DNA of 62,040 bases, filler included, from Choristocarpus tenellus KU-1152 (lineage: Eukaryota; Protista; Phaeophyceae): the NCBI GenBank assembly GCA_964200185.2. It is 8 parts of 8 records of this genome, joined end to end, with 100 filler letters (N's around TTAATTAATTAA, not from the genome) between each part and the next. Parts side by side here need not be neighbours in the genome. Positions count along the whole stretch, not along the records: positions 50,836 to 57,436 come from CAXNAD020007776.1; positions 57,537 to 62,040 come from CAXNAD020014251.1; 6 more parts are not named here. One strand, written 5' to 3'. Positions 50,836 to 62,040 of the stretch are shown one piece after another. The position numbers and the translations under genes are program-made. A model generated the notes under the pieces. That model was not told the origin of the DNA. It saw only the letters and a program-made list of their open reading frames with translations, and searched no databases. Positions within the stretch are counted from its first letter, which is position 1; each line of letters starts with the position of its first letter.

Positions 50836-53093
50836 ATCAATATGAGACTCTATATCAGGCATAGGCCAAGACTGTCGAACAAGGTGTTTGTTAACAGTTG
50901 ACCTATAGTCTACACAGAATCGTGGGGAGCCATCAGATTTGGCCACAATAGTAACAGGACTATCCCAAGGGCTGGCACGTTTTTCAATGATGCCTTGCTC
51001 TTCCATAGTATTAACACACGAGTCAATTACTTGTTGAGTACAGGGGTTTGCTCTGTAAGGGTTCCTGTCAACAGAATTGGTACCAGCCTCTATAGGAATT
51101 TCTACTTCAGCTAGGGTACATCTGCCTAGTATTGCTGTATTCAACGAAAATACCGATCTATAACGAGCACAGAGGTCAAAAGGTTGAGACACCTGTGACT
51201 GATTGAGCGTGGTATCTTTGAATGTGTTTGACTTGGTGAAGGCTTGATGTAACTCTTCTCTGAGTCAAAGTATCTTAGAGGGTAGAGTCGCATCCATTTG
51301 GCGGCCAAAATCCAATGTTCTGATTTTGGTGTAATTTTGGTTATCGTGTTTGTTAGGAAGTGTCAATATCCATATTCTGGACACACCATGTCGTAAGGCA
51401 TATATTTTACCTACTCCGAAATATTTTGGAGTAGGAAAATGTGATTAAAAAAAGCCATGGGAAGCCAAGCTCCAAATGGACAAACAGCGCAAAACTCGCA
51501 CCCTCTAAGATACTTTCACTCTCTAGCCTTACCGGATGAAGCAGGATCAGTATTTAGAGCACTGACAGTAATTGGTACCTGATCTGAAATAGGGTTTAAG
51601 TGACCTATCACAAGGTGCTTCCTGATACGTACTTTCCGTGTTGTTGGATTTGCCATTTGAACCAATACTGATCTATTACTTGCTGACCAAGTATTAAGAG
51701 TGTGAGCAGCTACGATACGATTCCATGGATGTGTAGGTTCAGTGGTTTGATCTACAGCAGGCATGGAGTGTATGACTGGCTCCACTACAACGGCAGTATC
51801 CAATGACGGACTAGTATCAGTTGTGCAACTTATGATGATTTCATGACCAGCTGGTATGTTACACTGTTTATGTACACGAACAGAAATAGAGTCAAAACAT
51901 GTTGCACACTCACCACAGAACACGAAGGAGTGGTACTTGTATCACGTACTTGAGTGGATCTCCTTGTCATGTGATGTCTTGCTGGAATGGTACACGAACT
52001 TGTTGTGAAATGAAAGACGTTGTTCTTGCCAATCAAGGATTGCACCGAAGGCCTGCATAACACTATTATCAAGCAGAATTTTATCGGGACCAAGTTGGGG
52101 AATCACTAAAGCTTCAACTGGCAATGTGGTGTCACAAAGTGTAAGTGCAAAACGAATAAATCCACGGATATGCAAAGGTGAACCATTTGCTGCACGTAGA
52201 TTTATTGCACCAGGTGGGACAGGATGCACATCAAAACGTTTCAGTTGAGGGTGATTGCGAACAAATATTTCAGAAATACATGGTACATCACTGGCTGTGT
52301 CAATTGTCAAGTCATTTTCCTCTTGTTCTTCAACGGTGCCAGATACATGAACTCTTTGTGATGAAAACGACAAAGGTTTGGGCATGGCTGGATATCTGCA
52401 CAAAGAACTATTGAACCAAGTTTCATTATTATTACACGAGTTTGGTTCAACTAATGGCAAAGAAAAATGCTTAGTGTCACGCGTACAGGCAATAAACAAT
52501 GCCTGCGGGGCAAGAGATGCGACTGGTGTCAACCTCTGATGCTTGCCACTCCCTACAATGTTGTCAACAACAACACGATTGCTGTTCCCAAGTGGACAGG
52601 AGTCAAATCCACCTGGGCACCCCTAAGGATGCGAACCATATAATGGTCAGGTATTGACTATCCTACAAACGCAAACACGACTTCCACGACCCCTGCCTCT
52701 ATGATGCAAGTGTGGTAAACGAGTACCCCTCGGATTGCCCAGGCACGACTGGGTTGTGTGACCCTCACGAGTCACTGCCTGGCAACCCGAGTACTGACAC
52801 ACACTATTTTGTTGATCCATGGTGTACGCCGAGTTGAACGGTGAGGCTGCATAGGGTGACGTGTCTTGTGGTAGTGTCGGTCTGTCATTGTCCCCGACTG
52901 TGGGAGGTGGACTCGTCGACAACCGAGCTGGGGCCCTGTTGAGGGGTACTTCCCCTGCTCTGTGACGTTCCACCTCTGCACGTAGCCATTGGCATTCGCG
53001 TTGTAACTGCTCGAGTTCACTATGAGGAACTTGATTGGTGCCCATTCCCCGAGCTTGAAGCTTCATCAGATCCTGAAGCCATCCAGGAGGCAC
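50836..53093 (-). mobile_element. Decayed Ty3/Gypsy gag-protease-RT (truncated at contig end)
   Basis: Cys/His knuckle-like CQYSGC...GHTTQSC; protease-like TIDTASDV; RT N-terminus PYRANP...GIIEKRASPWDSPVTIVAKSDGSPRFCVDYR...WPMPDIE. Confidence 0.88.
51262..51521. mobile_element. 260-bp MITE inserted in the Gypsy pol ORF; TIR GAGT(C/G)AAAGTATCTTAGAGGG, TSD TCT
   Basis: TIRs seen directly; TCT at 51259-51261 and 51522-51524. Excision restores the frame GKAR|EELHQAFTK...VSQPFDL. The right end recurs at 57537-57608. Confidence 0.9.
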
Positions 53094-55001
53094 AATGTTC
53101 GTTCTTGCACACTCGTTGACGTGGTACGCGATGAACGCTGGTACAGCATCCCCTGGTGCATTTCAGCTTGATGTCGACATGCCTTGTCCGTCCATTGAAA
53201 CCTTCGGTTGTCGCTGCTTGTATCGCTCCTCGATTGTCTTCATACCAAATCGTGACCCCTTTGAGTATGCCCAGCTCCCCCAGAATGCCTCCGAGAAATA
53301 TTGCAAGCCTCATTCCATGCATCATCGCTGTCCATTCTGCCTCTGATGAAGATGTGGTTACAGCTCCTCCTCGTCAGTTCTTCTTCGGTCAGATCCAGTC
53401 ATGGGTTTGAAATGGTCCCCCTTTGCTGCTTGTACTGTTGACGTAGCACTCACTCCCCCAGGCTTGAAGCCTATCATAATTGAATGTCTTGTATATCCTC
53501 TCGTTGAGTGAAGTCCTTTGCTAACAACTTTCCTCGCCAGGGTGCTTCTGATATGGAAGATGGTTCTTGATGGTCTGGAGTAGATATTATTTACTTCCAA
53601 GCCTTACAAGTCTTGTGCAGGCAGCCCTTTGCTGACAAGCTTCCACTGTTTTTCTCTTCTGGCTCAAACCCTGGTCCAGCTAATTCCTCCGCCTGTTAAG
53701 GCTTTGTCGCTCTCCTCTGGCTACAAACGATCTGAAGGTTTCCTTTACCTCCACAGTTGTAGCATATTCCTCCAAAAGAACAAGGACCAATATGCTTGAT
53801 CAGTCCACAGTCTAAACATATTCTGTTGGTCCTGATTCGTCTCTGGTAGGGGATCTTGCTGTAATATGGTCCGTACATTGACCAGTTGTACCTTGGCCGC
53901 CTCCTCCGCTTACCTTCTGTGTTCTCTTCCATGAGTTTATGGTCCCAGCGGCTAGAGTGCTCCCAGGCTCCCCACGGTTAGCTCTTCCTTTCCTTTCTGG
54001 TGGAGGCTTAGTTTCTGCTCCTGCTAGTGCCCTGCTCTCCTAGTGGCAGGTACAGCAAATGCTTTTCTCATTCCGTAAGCAAGAATCTTGGGGTCTCCAA
54101 TCGATGGGCGTGCCCCCTTCAGGGACTAACTCCATCATCTTGTCCCAGGGTCCTACTGCTCAATATCCGGCATGGCATACCAGGTACCCAGAGTATCTTC
54201 TTGACCTCCAATTCTTGGTTGTTATCGATCTTACCATATCACATGTCTCCTTAGCCTCCAGCTTCCATTTGTGCCGAAGGTGCAGGTACACTTTGTTTAG
54301 ATGACGATGATGATACTATTGCCCGTTTCAGCTTCCTGTAGCTTATATCGGGTCTTGTAATGAGCTGCACGGGGATCTCGTCCTTGGTGCGTCCTTTGTT
54401 GATTCCTCTTCGCAGTTCCAGTGTGATATTCGTTCCTGTTCCGATAGTGTTTCCATGAGTTCAGGACGACGTATTTTTTCTGCCGCACAATGTCTTACAG
54501 ACCCTTTCGCTGGCATAAACCACCAGATATAATCTCCATGTTGTCCAAGTTTTCACTGATCGTGCTGGTGCTCCAGTCCAGTTGGGTAAATTCTTCATGT
54601 CGTTCGGGCCCATCACCTGCTCCTTTTCTCCATACTACTGAGGCTCATAACCTGTGCAAATTACCTTGGGAGGTAATGCTATTTGTTAGCAGTGAAGATA
54701 AGAAGGTGTGAAGCCTCACACGACTCCCTTTGCTGAACTTGGTTACATGGTTGAAAGAAGAGAAGAGAAGAGAAGAGTGACCTTGGTGTGGTGTCTTCTC
54801 ATTGCTTGTTTATAATTTATTTGTGCTTCCTATCTAAGTCGACGGTTATGTCAAAGTAGTTGAATGCAGAATAAATATCAATACATAATCCCATACATAA
54901 TCTGGATGTACTATTTTATTAGTTACATCACATGGACTCAATTCAACACAATATCATAAACAAAAAATAAGGTACACCTCACTATTGTCTTATTTTGCAC
55001 A
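53094..55001 (-). mobile_element. Truncated non-autonomous Copia element related to 22305-25643; LTR 55001-54653
   Basis: LTR TGTGCAA...TTGCACA; PBS GGTTATGAGCC at 54652-54642; 53545-54120 closely similar to 23745-24308; RNase H remnant YEDNRGAI...RTRHVDIK. Confidence 0.85.
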
Positions 55002-55650
55002 ATTAGTACTCTCATGTGGTCTATGGACTAGAAGTTGATCACCAGGTACAAAAACGGGGAACATTGAGACGTTGGTTGGCATGTTCCAGATTTTTAAGCG
55101 CTTATGGAGGTTACAGCGTGTCAACTCAAAGCAAGCTTTCAATTATCTTTGGTTTGACCTAAGAAAACTCTTCAGTAGTGGTGACATCTGAATCAGCCTT
55201 AGACGAACCAAGGATAGTACCAACAGCTTAACGAGCTTGTCTTCCAAAACAGAAGGAAAACCGGGTTTCATGCAACATTGCACTGAAAGATGTGTAACGG
55301 TTAACTGTATGAAAGGCAGTAACGATACCCAGTTATCCTCATCGACAGAGGTATATATTGCCAGTATAGAACGCAACGTAGCATGTACTCTCTTTAACAC
55401 AGTAATTCCTTGGGGGTGATATGGTATGGGATTGGCTTTCTTCTAACCAAAGACAGACTGCAACTCTGCAACAATATTGTTTTCAGATTCGGTACCTTAA
55501 TCGGAGTGTTACAATTCGGGTGGGACGAAAATTGAAAATACACGTTCTACTAATGTACAAGCAATTGTTGCGGCCTCTATATTTAGAACAAGGCACAATA
55601 CAACAAAACCGCTGAGGTGATCAATGGCAGATAAGATCTACGAGCACATC
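55002..55650 (-). mobile_element. Decayed Gypsy integrase fragment interrupted by the Copia LTR at 55001
   Basis: RVHATLRSILAIYTSVDEDNWVSLLPFIQL; homologous to 45990-46670. Confidence 0.75.
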
Positions 55651-55659
55651 ACCAAAGTT

Positions 55660-57418
55660 TTGCCCAAGTCATCAAAAATAATCAAGGTAATAAACCCAGG
55701 GAGATTGCTTGATGTCTGTAGAGCGATTTTTAGTGTGAAGTGGGGCATGCAGTACCCCATAAAACATAAAATTATAAATATTTCCTTTCATAAGAGAAAT
55801 ATTATCATATTGCTTATCACTAATAAGAGGTTCCGATCAACTTAATCACTAACGATTGTTCTCTCACTCCATATACAGTTTACCACAACTGTCCGATAGG
55901 GTTGTAAGAGTCTAATCGAACACCCTCCCTAGCCGAAACAACTCTTGAGAACTGACAAGGTACAATTATGGATCCTAGGAGACTCCTCAGGGTCAATCCT
56001 GTACGACAAGAATACAAACAGCTATTGAACTCACTGAAGAACAAATCCAAACAAACACAAAGAAATTATAATTCAGCAAGAAACAAACTATTAAACATAT
56101 TCTAAACTTAGCAAAGGCCCTGCATACCTCCACAGAAATAAATCTTCTGCTAGAGGCTTGGCCATCACATCTGCATGGCCCATTTGACGTTAATCGATCA
56201 CTCTACAGACACCAAGCAATCTCCCTGGGTTTATCACCTTTATTATTTTTAATGGCTTGGGCGATACATTAACATAATATATTAAACCTTAGGTTTCTAA
56301 CCCGTCATTTCATCGTGTCTTCACACGGAGATGAGTTTATACCTGTTCCTGTCGAGGGCCCATCTGTTCAATAATTTCGGCAGCTTATGGCGATGGTAGC
56401 GGATCTGTCAAGAAACATTGTCAATATCATGTTGAAGTCTGATAGGGTCGGCGATGGAAATAATCCTGTCGTCCAAGTCGCTATGCCCAGCACACAGCCT
56501 CGGGCTGGGCATGTGTCAGTCGAAGTGGATCCTGTGGAACCTATGTTGAGGGAAAATTTCCCAGAGAGGGAAAATAGTTCGGATGCTGTGAGCGTCAGAA
56601 GTGGGGCAAGCTGGATGTCCCGTTCTTCGGTGAGTTTGGGGTCAGGCGCACATAATGCTCACCCTAAGAGGTCAAGGGCTCAGTCTCGAAAATTATTGGA
56701 CGACTCGAACTATCGGGACTGGAGGAGGCGTTTCATCGTGCATTCTCGATATACCCACTGCCTGGGGGTGCATTGACATGGAGTTCTGTATTATCTTTGG
56801 AGTTCTGAATTATAGCTTAAACTATTCTGACGCAAATAATAATAAAGAAACAAACAATAGAAGAAACCCCACAAAGGTCACTCTTCTTATTTCATCTATC
56901 CTTTCTTTTCACGTTCAGCAAAGGGGGTTGTGTGAGGCTCCACACCTTGTTGCCTTCACTAGTGATAAATAGCAATACCTTCCAAGATAAATTTGCACAA
57001 TGCCTAATATAGTGGGTAATAGCCAACATTCGTTCCATGAGTTTTTCTCTTCGAAGGTGGAGAAGGAGGCGAATCCACTCCTGACCTTAACCCAATTGGA
57101 GGAGCTACTGGGGAGGATGCTATTGATGGACCTCATCATCTCGGACAAGCTGCTGCTCCTACAGTTTCTGAGTGAACTCGGATCAGATTACGATACCGAG
57201 ATATGCATTATGGCCTTGCAGAGGACTCTATGTCGAGCAGACGTAGAGAAAACTGTGAGAGAGTGATATGCCTCTCTTCATGAGGGAAAGCAGTCAAGAC
57301 ACAACAACAGGCACACTTTGGTTGTTAGCAGCTCATCACGGGGGAAGAGTCAGTCTCGTTGTAACGACCAAGGTCGTGGGATGGAACGTAAATTTCATGG
57401 TAAAAGAAAGAAAAATGG
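55660..57418. mobile_element. Copia family 'B' pieces: LTR fragment (55660-55939, minus) and leader plus degenerate gag (56200-57418, plus)
   Basis: Homology to 16547-17131. Gag-like LDDSNYRDWRRRF and LLQFLSELGSDYD. Ends at a MITE terminus at 57419. Confidence 0.65.
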
Positions 57419-59153
57419 GGGTCAAAGTATCTGGGGNNNNNNNNNNNNNNNNNNNNNNNNNNNNNNNNNNNNNNNNNNNNTTAATTAATTAANNNNNNNN
57501 NNNNNNNNNNNNNNNNNNNNNNNNNNNNNNNNNNNNAACCCATGGGAAGCCCAGCCCCACAAATGGACAAACAGGGAAAAATTCGTACCCTCTAAGATAG
57601 TTTCACTCATAGTAGGCCTGTTAAAGGGTCACGAACATACAGACATATTCAGTCTCGGTTCAATATAGAACCCTATGCTTTTTTGTATTCGTATTTTTGT
57701 TACTCGAATCTGGTAAAAAATTTGCAATCCGAATTTTAGGATGGAACCTCACAATATTCATAATAAATCACAAACTTCCCTATTCCAGTGGACGATCCTG
57801 GGTGAGAATGAAACGATGGGACCTCTTCAAGAGACTACTTCCACAGATATAACTCCTCTTCACTTTTCTCTGGTCTTGACATTTGCGGAAGTCGTTACAG
57901 TGTTGCACTTGTCCAACTTTAACCTCGTCCTCTCTGTCATGGCTCATCTCTGTCTGATCCGTCTTGCCTGGTCATTATATTAACCACCCTTGTTTGAGTG
58001 AACCACCCTGGCGCAGAATGACACGATTCATACTGATGTTCAGATGTTTGAGACGTTTTCTATATCGTGATAGAGCTTTCTCAAACATTGTACTGTACTT
58101 CTTGCTAGTGATTCTGCTTAGAAATAACAAGAAGTACCAAAACCAAGCCCCATAATAATACTAAATAAATCACTCTTCTCTTTTCAACAATGTGATCACT
58201 TCAGCACACACACACGGAAATTGTGTGAGGCTTGGGTATCTCCTTTTCTTCCGTACCCGCGCAACTAAGCAGTCTAAATTTGCACATATTTATGGCACCA
58301 TTGTGTGTTTCCTCATTCATGTGAAAAACGGAACGGAAATTTCAACGTTCAACATGTTAACACATGGATTACTCCTCTTTTGTGGGGCTGATAATATGCA
58401 GTGAATTTGGTTGGTTTGGTTCTTTGGTTTCTCCTTTCTCACATTTGGAAAATGTCAGAAAACATACTACAGTACCTACACCTATTTTATACCAAATATT
58501 ATATACCAACCCCATTTTTGTACCGCTTTTTTCGACATACTAAAAAAATAGGCTTTTCTTCTAACACATCTGAAAAAGTGACAACATAATAATAAAATAT
58601 TATAGTATTATCACTTCATACTGACTGTTGATTCCCACATCAAACCCCCTGTTACTAAACTTTACATTGGTATTTAATTCTAACTTTATGACAATACACA
58701 TATAATTTCGACCATTCCCAAATTTGTTGTTCCAACATGTCAAACTATATACTAATGAAAGGAAGAATATTCAATTACTTTTACAACCTCATACATAATA
58801 GCAATTAGAGAACAGTCGAGTTCCTTAAAAATTGTTCGGTGTTTAATTTGTTTTTAGTCCTAGTATGAGGATCATGACATTATCCCAAATGTTGATAATT
58901 GTTTTCTTTGTTGGACCTCAAACAGCGGATCAAGGTACTGGCGGATGGACCATTTCATGGAGGATGGATTTCTCCCAAATTATAGATTTTGGTATAGGGT
59001 TTCATTTTGGATATTATACGCAGGTTTTTTGTCTTCTTGAGTATTTTTTTGATATATTGATCGGTCTCATATAATCTTTACCTCACAATTTCGCGTCCAT
59101 TTGTGTTATTCTCTACAATATTACGGAAAGAACCAATTCACTTTTCAGTGGGA

Positions 59154-61653
59154 ATGAGTACAGAGAAGGGATGTATTTCAAAAGCAAGGATGCGGCGAAC
59201 TATGGTCTTGTGTTGGAGGTTCCTGTGGGGAGTGAGCATGTTCACACTGTCAAGTACGATACCACGTGTTTCGGCTAGCGGAATCGAGGAGTCTTATGAA
59301 GCGTTGAAAGGTCAGATCCCTCAAGAGATGGTTATACATCGTGTTATTTCACCGTCCACCAAACGAGAAGGAACCTGCCAGTCAGATGATCGTTTCGAGA
59401 GGACGGATTTATTCCTTCCTTTGGGGATGAAAGACTCGCCATTCGCGCCGTTTCTTTTTCGAAGTCTGGAGCTCTTCATGCCATGCTACGGCGACCTTGT
59501 GATTCTCATAGAACCTCAGGCGATCAACATGGTGTTCTCAGTGATCCCGCTCTATGCATACGTCTTCGTGGTAGACGAACCTCTTCCCCCCCAGTTTGGA
59601 TACCTAACCCAACAGTTTGTAAAGATGTATGCTGATATCTTTACATCAAAAGACTACGTGCTCATCCTGGAGACGGACCTTGTACAGAGCAACAGTGCCA
59701 TTCGTGAAGGGTATTTTGATGAGCAGGTGGGTTCAGATAGGCAACTTTGTGATGCACTGGAAGGGACGGATTCACAGGTACCTACCGCCAGTTGGAAGGG
59801 CCTTGTTAGTGTGTATCAGGTGAAGGTGAAGCTAGAGTTGTGGCTTTTTTCAAAACAAGAACAGATTATCTATACCCCCTACAAAACTCTAGTGTGGAAT
59901 ACGAAGTTGGAATTTCCTACATTACTACTGAGTATTCCTATTTACATAGATCAGCTCCCCAATCCACTTTTTAACTCGCCATCTTGGTCGAGACTGTTGC
60001 TAATGCAAGCAAACAAACTATCTAGTACAGTACACATTACAGTCATTCCATCGTATGTTTTGGGAATTTCGGACTTTGACAGTATCTCTTTTAGGGCTCT
60101 GAAGTATATATATTGGGACAAAGTATCTGGGGGGAGATGCCGGCGTCCGTTTTCGACCTTTTAATTGGACATCTGTTTCAACAAAATCATTGCTGTGTAG
60201 GTGTTACTGTCAAATATTGAGATAACCACTCTGAAACTGTGCAGATATACATGCATATGTGATCAGTAATCCCCATCTCTCATATTTGGAGGACCAGATT
60301 GGAATTGATTTGGTGACGAGTATAGTCCTGGACCTTTAGCCAGTAGTATCACTGATAAGGGGATAGTTGGGCAAATGCACCCCCTAGAGCGCTTGATCTC
60401 GTCAGACATTGGGGCCCAGGTATCTGTGGTCGATGTATTATCATTCAGCAGCAAGCACGCCCTGTTTCTTGCATAGGAAGCTTTCCAGCAACAGAAATAT
60501 TGCGTGGTTTCGCTCATTGATCCGAAAATCTAGTACCATATGCCACTAAGGCTTTTGCTGGCAATCAATGTCACCATATTACCCCTTGCAGCAATTAAAT
60601 AAACATATGCATTCTGATAGGCGTCGAAAGAAGGAGTCAGCAGTCAGGCATTAGTGACTCTCCACCTAGACAGGTTGATTTCTGATTTTACCACTTCAAT
60701 ATCACAGAGGGAGGTCATGGGTAAGACATTTCCACTGTGGGGTTTTGTGGAGGTTGTGTTGAGCTTACATTATGGAGTTCTTATGCACCACCACAACCTT
60801 TCCCCAGCAACAGTAAGCCTTCAGTTACTTCGCATGGGCTCAGAATATTGTATTTGTGTACACCCCCATATTTGCCTTGGAGTGATTGTGCCCCTCTTGA
60901 TACAACAATGCCTGTATCTCAACTATCTCCATTAGAAACTACTTCAGCGCACTTTAAGGCCATTACATCATCAATGCTTGTTACCCCATTGCTGGTACTT
61001 TGATGTAAATTGATTGGTGCAGCCAACCAACATTCTGTTGATTTTTTTTCGTGTTGATGACTAACATGTTGACCGATCCTTGAAGTGCACTATCAATGCA
61101 ATAAAGGAGATGGCTCCAGATGCCAGCCAGCAATGAACTGTAAACATGCAGGGTGCTTCTTGTTTCAAAAGATAACTTCAGAGAATGCCCTTCAGCAATG
61201 GTTTAGTGGATACTTTTTTGCATCATTTTAACATCAGTCAATGCATACCCCAGAGCTCTATTTCTTGAGTTCAAAATGTGAATCAGTGTTATCACTTCTT
61301 ACTTCGATGTAATAGAATTTCGGAATGAACAGCAAATGCCATACTGACCATGCACTCACCAATTTTACCTTGTGTGTGTACCTCCCTCACTTTCTTGTGG
61401 GCAGGGAAAGATCAGGGGCTATTGTCGCCTATTTGGAGACAAGAAGTGGTGTCGTGAAGACTGCGAGATCTGGAAGCGAGGAACAGAACATGCTCTAGGC
61501 GTCCCCATGGACCGGGACTGTCTGATCAAGTCACCAATGCTGTATCCCCGAGAGATTTTTGGGAGGGTGCGCAACCATATGGAAAATAATCTTGGGAAAC
61601 CTCTTATTAACATCATGGAAGACTACTTCGCTGGGCACAGCAAGGGATGGGAG
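59154..61653 (+). CDS. Secreted or membrane-anchored GT-A-fold glycosyltransferase-like protein (DUF6492-like), partial; exons 59154-59726 and 61405-61653
   Basis: Hydrophobic N-terminal segment; FLFRSLELF, GYLTQQFVKMYADIFTSKDYVLILETD, FDEQ|GKI, WKRGTEHALG, PMLYPREIF. GT-AG, phase 0. Confidence 0.65.
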
Positions 61654-62040
61654 GTACGTAGTGCCCTGAGTAGGTCGATGTTTCCCAGTTCAGTTGCTTG
61701 ACCTCCTACAACAAACTATATTGAGGAGCTCACATGCTAAGCCCTGAGCGAACATTCGTTTTGGACCTAGAGCCAGTTTGGATGTGAAGTATATCGTCAA
61801 GGAGAGCAAACGATATCACCATGGCCTTCTGAATATCTATGTGTGGTGTTTTTCATACCTGTTGATTGAACATCTACCTGCATTGTTATGATTGTACTGA
61901 TACTTCAGTTGTACGCATTTCTCCTTAGCCATTATGAGTTCAGAGCATGACACAAAGCTAGCCATGCTAGAGTTCAAGTTAACGGATCAATCTTCTTCTG
62001 TCTATTGCAGCACCTACTGTAGTATTTTCTTGTGTTATGC

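Noticed and set aside
59727-60164. C-terminal ~145 aa of the 353-aa ORF
   Set aside because: Read-through into the intron after the CAG|GTGGGT donor. It ends in a MITE terminus, and the domain continues at exon 61405.

Overview
Eukaryotic nuclear DNA, by inference a photosynthetic stramenopile of the brown-algal lineage or a close relative (spliceosomal GT-AG introns, TTAGGG repeats, a signal-peptide+Phe plastid-type presequence). The window is not contiguous. Seven identical 100-bp artificial linkers (N44-TTAATTAATTAA-N44) join eight contigs: 1-6558, 6659-12333, 12434-16088, 16189-32328, 32429-46749, 46850-50735, 50836-57436 and 57537-62040. Adjacency across linkers cannot be interpreted. 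Host genes: complete VPS29 and CDC40/PRP17 (head-to-head); partial SRP54, a GCN2-like HisRS-related domain, a chromo-barrel protein, a CDC24-OB-like protein, a plastid-targeted unknown protein and a GT-A-like protein. Most of the rest is decayed Copia, Gypsy and LINE sequence, MITEs and microsatellites. Best leads: (1) a decayed, intronless FtsH fragment with Bacteroidota-type signatures inside a eukaryotic contig (35062-35411); (2) a TSD-flanked non-autonomous Copia element with half-tRNA priming, TG...TA ends and a tRNA-like A/B-box module in its LTR; (3) a hammerhead-ribozyme-like fold at 43301-43365. No large novel multi-gene system can be supported. All family assignments come from motif recognition by eye, not database searches.
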